Part shown: positions 1-9,270 of the stretch, piece by piece
How positions within the stretch are numbered: position 1 is the first letter of the stretch
Layout: every line of letters starts with the position of its first letter
Assembly (NCBI GenBank): GCA_945897915.1
Contig: CAMDGB010000009.1
Location: forward strand, 41-64,040
Source of the DNA: Chryseobacterium gleum
Lineage (GTDB): Bacteria; Bacteroidota; Bacteroidia; Flavobacteriales; Flavobacteriaceae
Direction of reading: 5' to 3'
Length of the DNA: 64,000 nucleotides
Position numbers and translations under genes: made by a program
Notes under the pieces: model-generated
The model's input: the letters and a program-made list of their open reading frames with translations, nothing else
Told to the model about the DNA's origin: nothing
Database searches by the model: none

Positions 1-9
1 AGCAAAACT

Positions 10-1134
10 TTAAATTAATTTTATTGTTTTTTTATCTACAGTTATTTCTTTCCTACCTATTTGAATATATAACCATAGAGAAACAAACAATACTAAATAA
101 TTATCAAAAAAATTATGATTTGTGAGCATAAACATAAACAATGAGAATGAGACGAAAAAAATTAAAGGGTCTTCTTTAAATAATTTAATCCCTCTTACAA
201 TAAACCCACAATAAATCCATGTAAAAAAAATAAAAACAAAAAAACCAGCTTCACCCAAAATCATTAAAAAAGTATTATGAACCCCTTGTATTGAATAAGA
301 GTTATCACCCGTCCCAAAAGTTTTCCCGCTAAAACTTAAATATCCATTACCAAATAATGGACTAGCATAAATCCTGTCATAATATGCCTCCCATGTCTCC
401 GTTCTAGAACCTTCTTCTAATCCCTCGCTAACTTTACCGTCCAAAATTGATGAAAAAGCCTCAAATCTTCTTACATTAAAATCAAATTTATTCCCCAAAG
501 AAAGAAAGAAACTAAAAAGTAGTACACCAGCAACAATCTTAAAAACATTTTTATAACTAATTAACAATGAAAACATATTAATCAATATCCAAACCAACAG
601 AAAAGTTCTAGAAAAAGTAAGAAAACCAGCAAAAGAAAACAAAATTTGTCCCAATGCATTAATTTTTTTATTTTTATTAATCATACTAAAGCAAAATCCA
701 ATTAAACAAGCAAATCCTGCTCCATTTGGATTCAAATAAAAACCTCCAAATCTCCCAACCAAATTATCTCCAAATACAGATTCATATACAATACTTAAAG
801 ACCCTAATAATAACAAAAAAAATATTTCAACTTTTTTCGTGTCTTTTATAAAAGATAATCCTAAAATTATAAAAATGAAATATTTAAGAATAACCGGTAA
901 AATACTTTCTGTATTTATAGGATCAATTAAAGGAGAAATTAAAAAATATAAAATTCCAATTATAATAAAAGGTGAAAATAATTGCTCTTTTTTATTTATA
1001 AAATAATATAAGATAATAAATAAAAATGAACATAAACTCAGAATTGCCCCTTCAGAAGAACCAAATGATTGCTTTGCAAAACTGGGGATATTACATAATA
1101 TTAAAAACAGTATTACAATTCTAAGATATCTCAT
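10..1134 (-). CDS. wzy: O-antigen polymerase/ligase family membrane protein (Wzy-like)
   Basis: Multi-TM hydrophobic ORF with GRFGGFYLNPNGAG, TFSRT and GVHNTFLMILGEAG motifs typical of Wzy_C/O-antigen ligase proteins; downstream of flippase and GTs. ORF track starts at 1161; ATG at 1134 (MRYLR) looks more likely. Confidence 0.75.
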   Translation of the reverse strand: MRYLRIVILFLILCNIPSFAKQSFGSSEGAILSLCSFLFIILYYFINKKEQLFSPFIIIGILYFLISPLIDPINTESILPVILKYFIFIILGLSFIKDTKKVEIFFLLLLGSLSIVYESVFGDNLVGRFGGFYLNPNGAGFACLIGFCFSMINKNKKINALGQILFSFAGFLTFSRTFLLVWILINMFSLLISYKNVFKIVAGVLLFSFFLSLGNKFDFNVRRFEAFSSILDGKVSEGLEEGSRTETWEAYYDRIYASPLFGNGYLSFSGKTFGTGDNSYSIQGVHNTFLMILGEAGFFVFIFFTWIYCGFIVRGIKLFKEDPLIFFVSFSLFMFMLTNHNFFDNYLVLFVSLWLYIQIGRKEITVDKKTIKLI

Positions 1135-2467
1135 TAATTTGTTTTTTTTGATAATAAACAATTATGTATAAGACTACGAAATTAATAATTGAAACTGATG
1201 TTGTTGCAATTGCTAATCCGTAAATTCCATACAGCTTAGCTAGACTATAATTTAATACTAAATTCAAAACTAAATTAAGGATTGAAGTATAAAGCATAAA
1301 AACATTTCTATTTATGCTTGTTAAAAATTTATTTAGTATAACGCCTGAAATATAGAAAGGAACAAACAAAAATAAAATTCTTTGGATTTGAGAAACAACA
1401 ATAGTGTCCTTACTAGTAAAATTATCTTTTTCAAATAAGAAACCAATTATTGTTTCAGAAAAAAAGAAAAAACTACCAACTACAATTACTGAGCCTAAAA
1501 AAACATACGCTATTAATTTAAACAAAACTTGGAAAGCTTTTTTTTTATCATCAAATACCATATTTGAAAAATATGGTAAAATAACATTTCCTATGGCAAC
1601 TGCCATAATTGACACCAAGAATGACGGTATTTTTAATCCGTAATTAAACGATGCCAGTGAACCAACTAATAATTGTGCTGCAAAAAACTGATTAACAAAG
1701 CCCGTAGATCCAGATAAAAATCCTGCGCCAATTTTTGAAGGAAATTGCCTAAACAATTCTCTTATGTTTGCTGATTTAAAATTAGGCCTTCCTAATACAA
1801 TCGTTTTCTTTAAAAAACATAAAATTAATAAATAGCAAAATTCAAATATACTTCCAAACAGTAAGCCAAAAGCTAAAAGATAAACACTGAATTGTTCTTT
1901 AAAGAAAAACAAAAGAATTAAAGTAATAATTGATGTAATAACAGTATATATAGCTGTGTAATGAAACAACCCTTTAATTTCTAATAAACCTGCTAATAAT
2001 GAAGAAAATGCCCAAAATAAAATACAGGGCAACAAAATATAAAATTGCATCCTGATTAAATGATAATAAGCTGCTGAATGCCCTTTATAAAACTGCTCTA
2101 AATAAATATCAGTTATTAAATATGAAAATAAAATAAGTAAAATGCTTAAACATAGAGTTATCAAAAAACAAGCACTTTGAAAACCTGCAACATTTGCATT
2201 TTGCCTTTGTTCTGAAATGTAATTAGGAATAAATAAGTTTTGAAAAGAAACCATAAAAACATTATTCACAAAACCAGGTATTAATGACGCTATCAAGAAT
2301 GTATCTAATAATTCTGAAAGTCCAAAAGTTTGTCCAACTTCCATCTCCTTAAAAAAACCAAGACCTTTTACTAATATAGTTATTATTGCAACAATTGCTA
2401 CATTAATTAAAAAAGCACTTTGAAAAAGAGAACTAAATTTGTCTCTCAATTTTATTATGATCTTCAT
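1121..2467 (-). CDS. MurJ/MviN-like (MOP superfamily) polysaccharide flippase
   Basis: 448 aa, many TM segments, N-terminal LGFFKEMEVGQTFGLSELLDTFLIA resembles MurJ; lies within glycan locus. Confidence 0.75.
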   Translation of the reverse strand: MKIIIKLRDKFSSLFQSAFLINVAIVAIITILVKGLGFFKEMEVGQTFGLSELLDTFLIASLIPGFVNNVFMVSFQNLFIPNYISEQRQNANVAGFQSACFLITLCLSILLILFSYLITDIYLEQFYKGHSAAYYHLIRMQFYILLPCILFWAFSSLLAGLLEIKGLFHYTAIYTVITSIITLILLFFFKEQFSVYLLAFGLLFGSIFEFCYLLILCFLKKTIVLGRPNFKSANIRELFRQFPSKIGAGFLSGSTGFVNQFFAAQLLVGSLASFNYGLKIPSFLVSIMAVAIGNVILPYFSNMVFDDKKKAFQVLFKLIAYVFLGSVIVVGSFFFFSETIIGFLFEKDNFTSKDTIVVSQIQRILFLFVPFYISGVILNKFLTSINRNVFMLYTSILNLVLNLVLNYSLAKLYGIYGLAIATTSVSIINFVVLYIIVYYQKKQINEIS

Positions 2468-2474
2468 TAAGCGT

Positions 2475-3569
2475 TTATAAAAAATTTTGAATTTGAAATT
2501 CCCATAATTTTTTTACCTCAACCATATTGAACTTACAGGTTGTTGATATTGCATTTTGACTAAATTGATCACAAATTGCTGGATTGTTAATAAGTTTAGA
2601 CAGCCTGTCCTCTAATTGCTTTCTGTTATTTACTTCAATCAGATAACCATTTTCATCATTGGTAATGATTTCAGATGGCCCAGATGGACAGTCAGTTGAA
2701 ATACAAGGCAACCCAAAAGACATTGCTTCAAGCAAAGCATTAGGAAATCCTTCAGAATTAGAGGTGAAAGCAAAAATTTTAGCTTGATTATAATAATCCC
2801 AAACATTCTGTACATTTCCTATAAACTCAATTTTATCAGCAATCCCTAAAGACGCTGTTAATTTTTCGTATTCTTCTCTTAAAACACCATCACCGGCAAT
2901 TACCAACTTCCAATTACCATTATTTAAATTAGCAAATGCTTCAATCAATAATCTTTGATTTTTATTAGCGTCTAAACGCCCTACCGTCAAAATAACATTT
3001 TCCCTTTCGCTATAATCTTTCCTTGCAGAAAGCATAATTTCATCAATAGGATTGGGAATAATTTTGATTTTATTCTCCTGGATGGTCTTTTGATAAAATC
3101 CCTTAATAAGCTCCGTTTGAACGATTAATCCATTTGTAAAAGGATAGCAAAAATTTCTCAAAATTCTCCAAAAAGTATTGGGCACATAGACTTCTGGATT
3201 ATTTCGTTCACTAATCAAAGTTGGTATCTTTATAAAAAAAGAACTTATAACCGCAATTATATTCACAGAAGTGGTAAAACTTATTAATATATTAATATGA
3301 TTAATTTTAATAATTTTAATAATTTTTTTCAAATAACTCAGATTGTTAATTCCCGCTTGAAAAAAAGACGAACTAGGAGTGTATTTTTCTTGTAAATAAA
3401 TTAAATTAACTTTTTCATTAACGCTATAAATTGTATCAGTTTTGTATAAAACAATCAAAAAAACGTCAAAATTAACAACAAATTCATTAGCGAGTAACAC
3501 AACTACACGTTCAGCTCCACCAGGTGACAAACTAGGAATTATAAAAGCAATTTTCTTTTTATTAAACAT
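2475..3569 (-). CDS. Glycosyltransferase family 4
   Basis: GGAERV N-terminal motif; VGRLDANKNQ and EGFPNALLEAMSFG (EX7E) GT-B motifs. Confidence 0.92.
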   Translation of the reverse strand: MFNKKKIAFIIPSLSPGGAERVVVLLANEFVVNFDVFLIVLYKTDTIYSVNEKVNLIYLQEKYTPSSSFFQAGINNLSYLKKIIKIIKINHINILISFTTSVNIIAVISSFFIKIPTLISERNNPEVYVPNTFWRILRNFCYPFTNGLIVQTELIKGFYQKTIQENKIKIIPNPIDEIMLSARKDYSERENVILTVGRLDANKNQRLLIEAFANLNNGNWKLVIAGDGVLREEYEKLTASLGIADKIEFIGNVQNVWDYYNQAKIFAFTSNSEGFPNALLEAMSFGLPCISTDCPSGPSEIITNDENGYLIEVNNRKQLEDRLSKLINNPAICDQFSQNAISTTCKFNMVEVKKLWEFQIQNFL

Positions 3570-3654
3570 AAATTTTATTAAACACTTACTGAAATCACTA
3601 TGTTAAAATAAAATCAGAATACAACAATTTAATAATTGTACAAGTTGGTGAAAT

Positions 3655-4533
3655 TTAATTTTTTTTTATAATTAAATTCTTTACAACCCTTAAAACTCCA
3701 ATATTTAAAAAATCATATTTCATTACCTTTAGAGCTTGGTAAATACCTGTTTTTTTATTCCCTAAGATGATGTTTAAAATGGATTGTTCATATAAATAGG
3801 AAAAGTATACTTTTCTATTAAATTGATATAAATCATCACTAAAATCTTCCAGCAAAATAGCAATAGATTTTAATTGATTTTCATAATAGGACTTTCCTCT
3901 ATTACTATGCCGAGTTAATCCTTCGTTATCTATATGGTAAATTCTCACCACAGATTCATCAAAATAAACATTTTCAGTTTTTGACAACCTCATATAGGCA
4001 ATAGATTCGCTACTATTAACCCGCTCTTCATATAAAAACCCACCTTCCATGACCTCCCTTTTTAGAGTAACTACCCACTCCCCACAATTATCAATTATGG
4101 AAATATATCTTTCAAAATTTGCAACTGAATTTATTAGGTCAAGATTACAAACCGTTTTACCATTTTTAAAAATTACGGGAAATCTAAAATAATTAATACC
4201 TTTTTCTCTCTTTATAGCATTTAACATATTTTCAAGAGCATCATGGCAAAACTCATCATCACTATCTAAAAAAGTTATCCAATCAGAATCTTGAGCAATG
4301 TTTCTTATACCGATATTCCGCGCCTTATTTACACCTCCATTCTGAGTTGCTTTAACATATCTAATTCGCGTATCATATAAATACTTCGAAACTATTTCAT
4401 CTGTATTGTCAGTAGATCCATCATCTACAATAATCATTTCAAAATTTTGATATGATTGATTCAGTATTGATTTGATAGCCCTTTCAATTAAATTAGCCCT
4501 ATTATAAGTGGGTGTAATTATACTAAACTTCAT
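3655..4533 (-). CDS. Glycosyltransferase family 2
   Basis: FSIITPTYNRA, IVDDGSTD, FLDSDD (DxD) motifs. Confidence 0.92.
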   Translation of the reverse strand: MKFSIITPTYNRANLIERAIKSILNQSYQNFEMIIVDDGSTDNTDEIVSKYLYDTRIRYVKATQNGGVNKARNIGIRNIAQDSDWITFLDSDDEFCHDALENMLNAIKREKGINYFRFPVIFKNGKTVCNLDLINSVANFERYISIIDNCGEWVVTLKREVMEGGFLYEERVNSSESIAYMRLSKTENVYFDESVVRIYHIDNEGLTRHSNRGKSYYENQLKSIAILLEDFSDDLYQFNRKVYFSYLYEQSILNIILGNKKTGIYQALKVMKYDFLNIGVLRVVKNLIIKKN

Positions 4534-4539
4534 TTATTT

Positions 4540-5817
4540 CTACAATTTCCCGTCTACGACAATTCCTAAAACCCCCTTTACATCAAACAAAACACTATTC
4601 TCCTTTTGCAAAGCTGCAAAATCTAAATCTAGAAATGCAGTATGCGCCACCCCCAAAACTACCGAATCAAATTTATGGCTCGGTAAGGATACCGTAGTCT
4701 CCAATCCATATTCGCGTTTTACTTCGTCCGGATTAGCCCAAGGGTCAAAAATGGTAACCTGAATTCCATAATCGGCTAGAGCCGCAATTACATCCACAAT
4801 TTTGGTGTTACGAACATCGGGGCAGTTTTCCTTAAAAGTAATTCCCAACATTAACAAACTGGCTCCGTTAACAGTGATTCCTTTTTTTATCATTAATTTA
4901 ACCACTTGAGAAGCCACATATTCGCCCATGCTGTCGTTCAATCGGCGACCTGCTAAAATAATCTCAGGATGATAGCCAAACTCTTGGGCTCTTTGTGCTA
5001 AATAATAAGGGTCAACACCAATACAGTGTCCCCCAACTAATCCTGGCTTGAAAGGTAAAAAATTCCATTTTGTTCCCGCTGCTTCCAAAACCGCATGAGT
5101 ATCAATATCCATTAAATTGAAGATTTTAGCCAACTCATTTACGAACGCAATATTGATGTCGCGCTGCGAATTCTCGATGACTTTAGCCGCTTCGGCCACT
5201 TTAATGGTAGGGGCTAAATGCGTTCCTGCAGTAATGACACTATTGTATAAGGTGTCGACTTGTTTTCCTATTTCGGGAGTAGAACCTGAGGTCACTTTTA
5301 AAATTTTCTCTACGGTATGTTCTTTATCGCCTGGATTGATTCGTTCTGGGGAATACCCCGCAAAAAAGTCTTCATTGAATTTTAATCCCGATACTTTTTC
5401 TAAAACAGGGATGCATTCTTCTTCGGTTGCTCCGGGGTATACGGTTGATTCATAAATGACGATGTCTCCTTTTTTCAACACTTTACCAACCGTTTCACTC
5501 GCTTTGTACAAAGGGGTCAAATCGGGACGGTTGTTTTTGTCTACGGGTGTTGGAACGGTTACAATGTAATAATTGCAGTCAGCTATATCATCTAACGTGG
5601 AAGAACACAATAAACCGTTTTCATTATTTTTGAATTCATATACCAATACTTTCTGCAAAACTTCATCAGATACTTCCAAAGTACTATCTGTACCTGAGCA
5701 TAACTCTTTAATTCGTTTTTGATTGATGTCAAATCCTATTACTTGGTATTTTGTAGCAAATAATCTGGCTAATGGTAGGCCTACGTAACCTAATCCGATG
5801 ATGGCGATTTTATCCAT
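4540..5817 (-). CDS. UDP-N-acetylhexosamine/nucleotide-sugar 6-dehydrogenase (WbpO/TviB/WecC-like)
   Basis: GLGYVG Rossmann motif, TVPTP, ESTVYPG, SPER, catalytic GGHCIGVDP. Confidence 0.92.
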   Translation of the reverse strand: MDKIAIIGLGYVGLPLARLFATKYQVIGFDINQKRIKELCSGTDSTLEVSDEVLQKVLVYEFKNNENGLLCSSTLDDIADCNYYIVTVPTPVDKNNRPDLTPLYKASETVGKVLKKGDIVIYESTVYPGATEEECIPVLEKVSGLKFNEDFFAGYSPERINPGDKEHTVEKILKVTSGSTPEIGKQVDTLYNSVITAGTHLAPTIKVAEAAKVIENSQRDINIAFVNELAKIFNLMDIDTHAVLEAAGTKWNFLPFKPGLVGGHCIGVDPYYLAQRAQEFGYHPEIILAGRRLNDSMGEYVASQVVKLMIKKGITVNGASLLMLGITFKENCPDVRNTKIVDVIAALADYGIQVTIFDPWANPDEVKREYGLETTVSLPSHKFDSVVLGVAHTAFLDLDFAALQKENSVLFDVKGVLGIVVDGKL

Positions 5818-5823
5818 GAAATA

Positions 5824-6792
5824 TTATTTTAAATTATGAAAGTACCAAGAAACTGCTTCTTTTATTCCGGCTTCTATTGAAAATTTAGGATTGTATCCTA
5901 ATTTACTTTTTGCTTTTTCAATACTTGCTAAAGAATGAGGTATATCTCCCGCTCTGTTAGGACCATGAATTACTTCTAATTGGGCAATTTTAGGGTCAAA
6001 CTGTGCTAAATTATCTTTTAACAATTTCACTAATTGCGTAAGGGTTGTTCTGTCTCCATAAGCCGTATTGTAAACCGTATTAATGGCTTCTGGATTCTTT
6101 GTTAGCATCGCTAATTCGTTCATTTGAATAACATTATCAATGTATGTAAAATCTCTTGAGAAGTTCCCATTACCATTAATCAAAGGGCTTTCATAGTTCA
6201 TGAACTGCATCACAAATTTAGGTATTACTGCAGCATATGCGCCATTAGGATCTTGCTTGCGACCAAAGACGTTGAAATAACGTAGTCCTATAGTTTCTAT
6301 ACCATAGGCTTTACTAAAAATATCAGCGTATAACTCGTTTACGTATTTTGTAATGGCATAAGGAGAAAGCGGCTTACCAATTACGTCTTCCACCTTAGGT
6401 AATCCCTCCGAATCTCCATAAGTAGAGGAACTAGCAGCATAGATAAAACGTTTCACTTTAGCATCTCTTGCAGCTGTCAACATATTCAAAAAACCTGTAA
6501 CATTTACATCATTAGTAGTAATAGGGTCATTAATAGAGCGCGGTACAGAACCCAAAGCCGCTTGATGTAAGACATAATCAACTCCTTTTGTTGCTTTTTG
6601 ACAATCTTCTAAATTTCGAATATCGCCTTCTACTAACGTGAAATTTTTATTTTCTAAAAATAGAGCAATGTTATGACGGTGCCCGGTAGAGAAATTATCT
6701 AGACAAACAATTTGATTTCCTTTGTTTAAAAAGTATTCGCATAAATTGGACCCTATAAATCCGGCTCCTCCTGTGATTAATATTTTATTCAT
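5824..6792 (-). CDS. UDP-GlcNAc(A) 4-epimerase-type extended SDR (WbpP/TviC-like)
   Basis: TGGAGFIG, HQAALGSVPRS, YAITK (YxxxK), LRYFNVFG; paired with the dehydrogenase. Confidence 0.9.
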   Translation of the reverse strand: MNKILITGGAGFIGSNLCEYFLNKGNQIVCLDNFSTGHRHNIALFLENKNFTLVEGDIRNLEDCQKATKGVDYVLHQAALGSVPRSINDPITTNDVNVTGFLNMLTAARDAKVKRFIYAASSSTYGDSEGLPKVEDVIGKPLSPYAITKYVNELYADIFSKAYGIETIGLRYFNVFGRKQDPNGAYAAVIPKFVMQFMNYESPLINGNGNFSRDFTYIDNVIQMNELAMLTKNPEAINTVYNTAYGDRTTLTQLVKLLKDNLAQFDPKIAQLEVIHGPNRAGDIPHSLASIEKAKSKLGYNPKFSIEAGIKEAVSWYFHNLK

Positions 6793-6806
6793 TTATTTGT
6801 GTGTGT

Positions 6807-7223
6807 TTATTTCAGCAACCAACTTGAAGATTGTATTTTGTCCCCTAGCCCATCTAATAACTGAATTCCTAAAGCTTGACAAACTGGTACTTCTGGAATT
6901 GAATTATTATTTTGGTCGCCTCCATTAGCAAAAACTAATTGGAAATCGGTATTTAATTGTTCGTATATAAATTGTATGGTTGCGCAAACGGTACGGTCTT
7001 CATCAATTGATAGAAACACTTGGTCTACACTTTTGATATTTGACACGATGAACACGCGTTCGTCTTCTTTTTGAAATTCTTTACTGCCTTTTAAAGCCCT
7101 CTGTTTGTCATTGTTTACAATAACAATAAGTGCGTCGCCCAACGCTTTGGCATTATTAAAATACTCAATATGCCCTTTATGAATGGGGTTAAAATATCCG
7201 CTTACAATGATTGCTTTTTTCAT
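6807..7223 (-). CDS. Cytidylyltransferase-family (HxGH) nucleotidyltransferase
   Basis: VSGYFNPIHKGH motif, 138 aa, standalone. Confidence 0.85.
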   Translation of the reverse strand: MKKAIIVSGYFNPIHKGHIEYFNNAKALGDALIVIVNNDKQRALKGSKEFQKEDERVFIVSNIKSVDQVFLSIDEDRTVCATIQFIYEQLNTDFQLVFANGGDQNNNSIPEVPVCQALGIQLLDGLGDKIQSSSWLLK

Positions 7224-7230
7224 TTTTTTT

Positions 7231-7265
7231 GGGTATAGGGTGTGTGGTTTTGGGTAAAGGGGTTT
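7231..7265. repeat. Degenerate period-7 G-rich tandem array
   Basis: GGGTATA GGGTGTG TGGTTTT GGGTAAA GGGGTTT read directly. Confidence 0.6.
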
Positions 7266-7276
7266 TAAATTAAAAA

Positions 7277-7303
7277 TTACGATTTACGATTTACGATTTA
7301 CGA
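7277..7303. repeat. Heptamer tandem repeat (TTACGAT)x3 + TTACGA
   Basis: Perfect repeat read directly. Confidence 0.95.
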
Positions 7304-7410
7304 ATATTTAAATTGGGTAATTTTAACTATATAAGGCATATAAGTTAGTTTAAGGTTTGGGGAATGGGGTTTTAAATTATGAGTTGTTTATTTTCATTTG
7401 AATTTTTTAC

Positions 7411-7435
7411 ACCCCTAAAGTCCCCTCAAGGGGAC
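7411..7435. repeat. GC-rich palindrome ACCCCTAAA-GTCCCCT-CA-AGGGGAC (REP-like)
   Basis: Perfect 7-bp inverted repeat 7420-7426/7429-7435 in AT-rich intergenic DNA. Confidence 0.7.
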
Positions 7436-7457
7436 AATTCCTGCTATTGACTTTTTT

Positions 7458-7488
7458 ACTCATTGACTCATTGACTCATTGACTCATT
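7458..7488. repeat. Octamer tandem repeat (ACTCATTG)x3 + ACTCATT
   Basis: Perfect repeat read directly. Confidence 0.95.
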
Positions 7489-7559
7489 ACTTCCACGGCT
7501 TCGCCTGGTCAGTCCCGTTTTTGGGCCAACAATTTTTATTATAAACCTAGTTGGTTTAT

Positions 7560-8066
7560 TTATTCTTGTTGAAAAACCAATACGCCATCGCCTTCATACA
7601 ACTTGGTAATATGAAACGTGATGGTTTTTTGAATTTCGGTTTCAATTTTTGGTTTCAACTGTGCTAGGTACAATTGGTCAACTTCATCGCCTTCAATCAC
7701 TACATCTATTTGGCCCGAATCGATGCCTTTTGCGTAATCGCCTATTAAAAAAACACGGTCGATTGAACCAATTCTATCTACAATTGATTCAATAATATCA
7801 TCTAACCCAATGTGTTTTCTCACTATTTGTTGCAATAATGAGAAAAAAGGGTGTTGCTTATTTGCTTTATAAATAACTTTTGCTTCTTGCTCCTTGCGAA
7901 TAATAAACCCTGCTTCGGTCAGGTTGTTCAATTCTTTACGGATGGCGTTGGTGTTTTCGTGCATTTCTGTAGCTAGTCCTCTCAAATAGCCGTCATTTGC
8001 AGTATTAATGAAAAACTTCACTAATAAGCGCAATCTGGTTTTTGAGGTAATTAAATTCGCTAACAT
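7560..8066 (-). CDS. wHTH (ArsR-like) regulator fused to a minimal-nucleotidyltransferase-like domain
   Basis: N-terminal SKTRLRLL...YLRGLA...NAIRKELNNLTEAGFI wHTH; C-terminal VFLIGDYAKGIDSGQIDVVIEG resembles the MNT G[SD]xAxG...DxD motif. Confidence 0.7.
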   Translation of the reverse strand: MLANLITSKTRLRLLVKFFINTANDGYLRGLATEMHENTNAIRKELNNLTEAGFIIRKEQEAKVIYKANKQHPFFSLLQQIVRKHIGLDDIIESIVDRIGSIDRVFLIGDYAKGIDSGQIDVVIEGDEVDQLYLAQLKPKIETEIQKTITFHITKLYEGDGVLVFQQE

Positions 8067-8085
8067 ACATATTGGTTTTGAACAA

Positions 8086-8093
8086 CAAAAGTA
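8086..8093 (-). promoter_or_regulatory. Bacteroidota -7 promoter element (TACTTTTG)
   Basis: Matches TAnnTTTG, 19 nt upstream of the ATG at 8066. Confidence 0.6.
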
Positions 8094-8150
8094 CTCGTTT
8101 TTTTATATTAAAAAAAGATTTTACTAAAAATTAGATTCGTTTTCTAAATG

Positions 8151-8423
8151 TTAATTGATGGTGTTTTGGTTTTTAAGCCTTTTATTGAAGTTTTTTATGT
8201 GTTGTTTTAACATGTTTTTGTCTTCTATAGACAGCCTAACTCTTTTTATAGTTAGATTTTTATAGGTCACTTTTAGATAAAAGGTCCGGTACCATTTTTT
8301 AGTTACGCCTATTCGTTTTAAAAAATAAGTATCTTTAAACTCAATTGCTGTTTTACTAATGGTTGGCCAAAGTAGAATTGGTATACATTTTTTAAATATA
8401 ACAAATACTTCTTCTTCTGTCAT
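8151..8423 (-). CDS. Hypothetical basic protein, 90 aa
   Basis: ATG start with a TATATTTG -7 box at 8452-8459 on the same strand; no family recognised. Confidence 0.4.
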   Translation of the reverse strand: MTEEEVFVIFKKCIPILLWPTISKTAIEFKDTYFLKRIGVTKKWYRTFYLKVTYKNLTIKRVRLSIEDKNMLKQHIKNFNKRLKNQNTIN

Positions 8424-8659
8424 TTTGTAAATTTATGTGGGTTTATATCTACAAATATAAAAAAAAATAGTAGGCTATGCCGGTTATGTTAGGCCATCTT
8501 TAGCCCATCTATACTTTGGTTTTTACTTGTTACTGCGCCAAACGGCCCTAATTGACTTCAAATCAATACTTTAAATGTTTTAGGAATGTTTTATTTCGTA
8601 TAAAAAAGTTTGTTTTGCTTTCGCCTCTAAGAAAATTCAATTTATTTCAATATTCCTAA

Positions 8660-9141
8660 TCTTTCTCAGGAACAATTTACCTTGCTGGTTATAATGTAAC
8701 GCAAAACCGGGGCGTAATTTATGGGTTCGTCAAATGGAAGCGGGTTGCAATACTTCCTGAAACTTGTTAAATCAAAGAGTATTATAATTTAATAAGCAAA
8801 GAATTGGCTTCAAGTTTTGGCGTTACCAAAAATATTGATGCAAAAGTATAGGATATAAAAATTGAAATTGCCAATCTATTGATCTCGTTCATTAAAAACC
8901 ACCCCTGGTATCCTTCGCAAAAGATTACGAAAGAAAAAAACCACTATTCCCTACATTTTACCAGTGGCATCAATAGAAAATTGGTTGGTTAGGCTTGTGG
9001 AGGTGCAACATTAAAATAATTTATCCGGCCATTTTGCAAGAGTATTACAAAAAACCCCTGCGAAAAATACAATTAATTTTAATAAATCAAATCCGCTTAG
9101 TGTTCCGCAATATATTTGTAAATGCATCGGAAGAAATATAA
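8660..9141 (+). pseudogene. Degraded WYL/WCX-domain transcriptional regulator
   Basis: Manual translation gives GTIYLAGYNV...SFGVTKNIDAKV*DIKIEI...KNHPWYPSQKIT...GINRKLVG/WLGLWRCNIKIIYPAILQEYY, resembling the WYL C-terminal extension. Stops at 8768 and 8849 and a frameshift at 8981-8992. Confidence 0.6.
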
Positions 9142-9270
9142 TTTTTGAATTAAAATAAAAGATAAACTAAAAAAAACAGGACTATGTGTAAAATCAATGC
9201 CAATAATGTTTACTTTTAACTTCATTTTTAACCTGTGTACCCTAAAGTACTAGCTCAAAAATATTGAATT

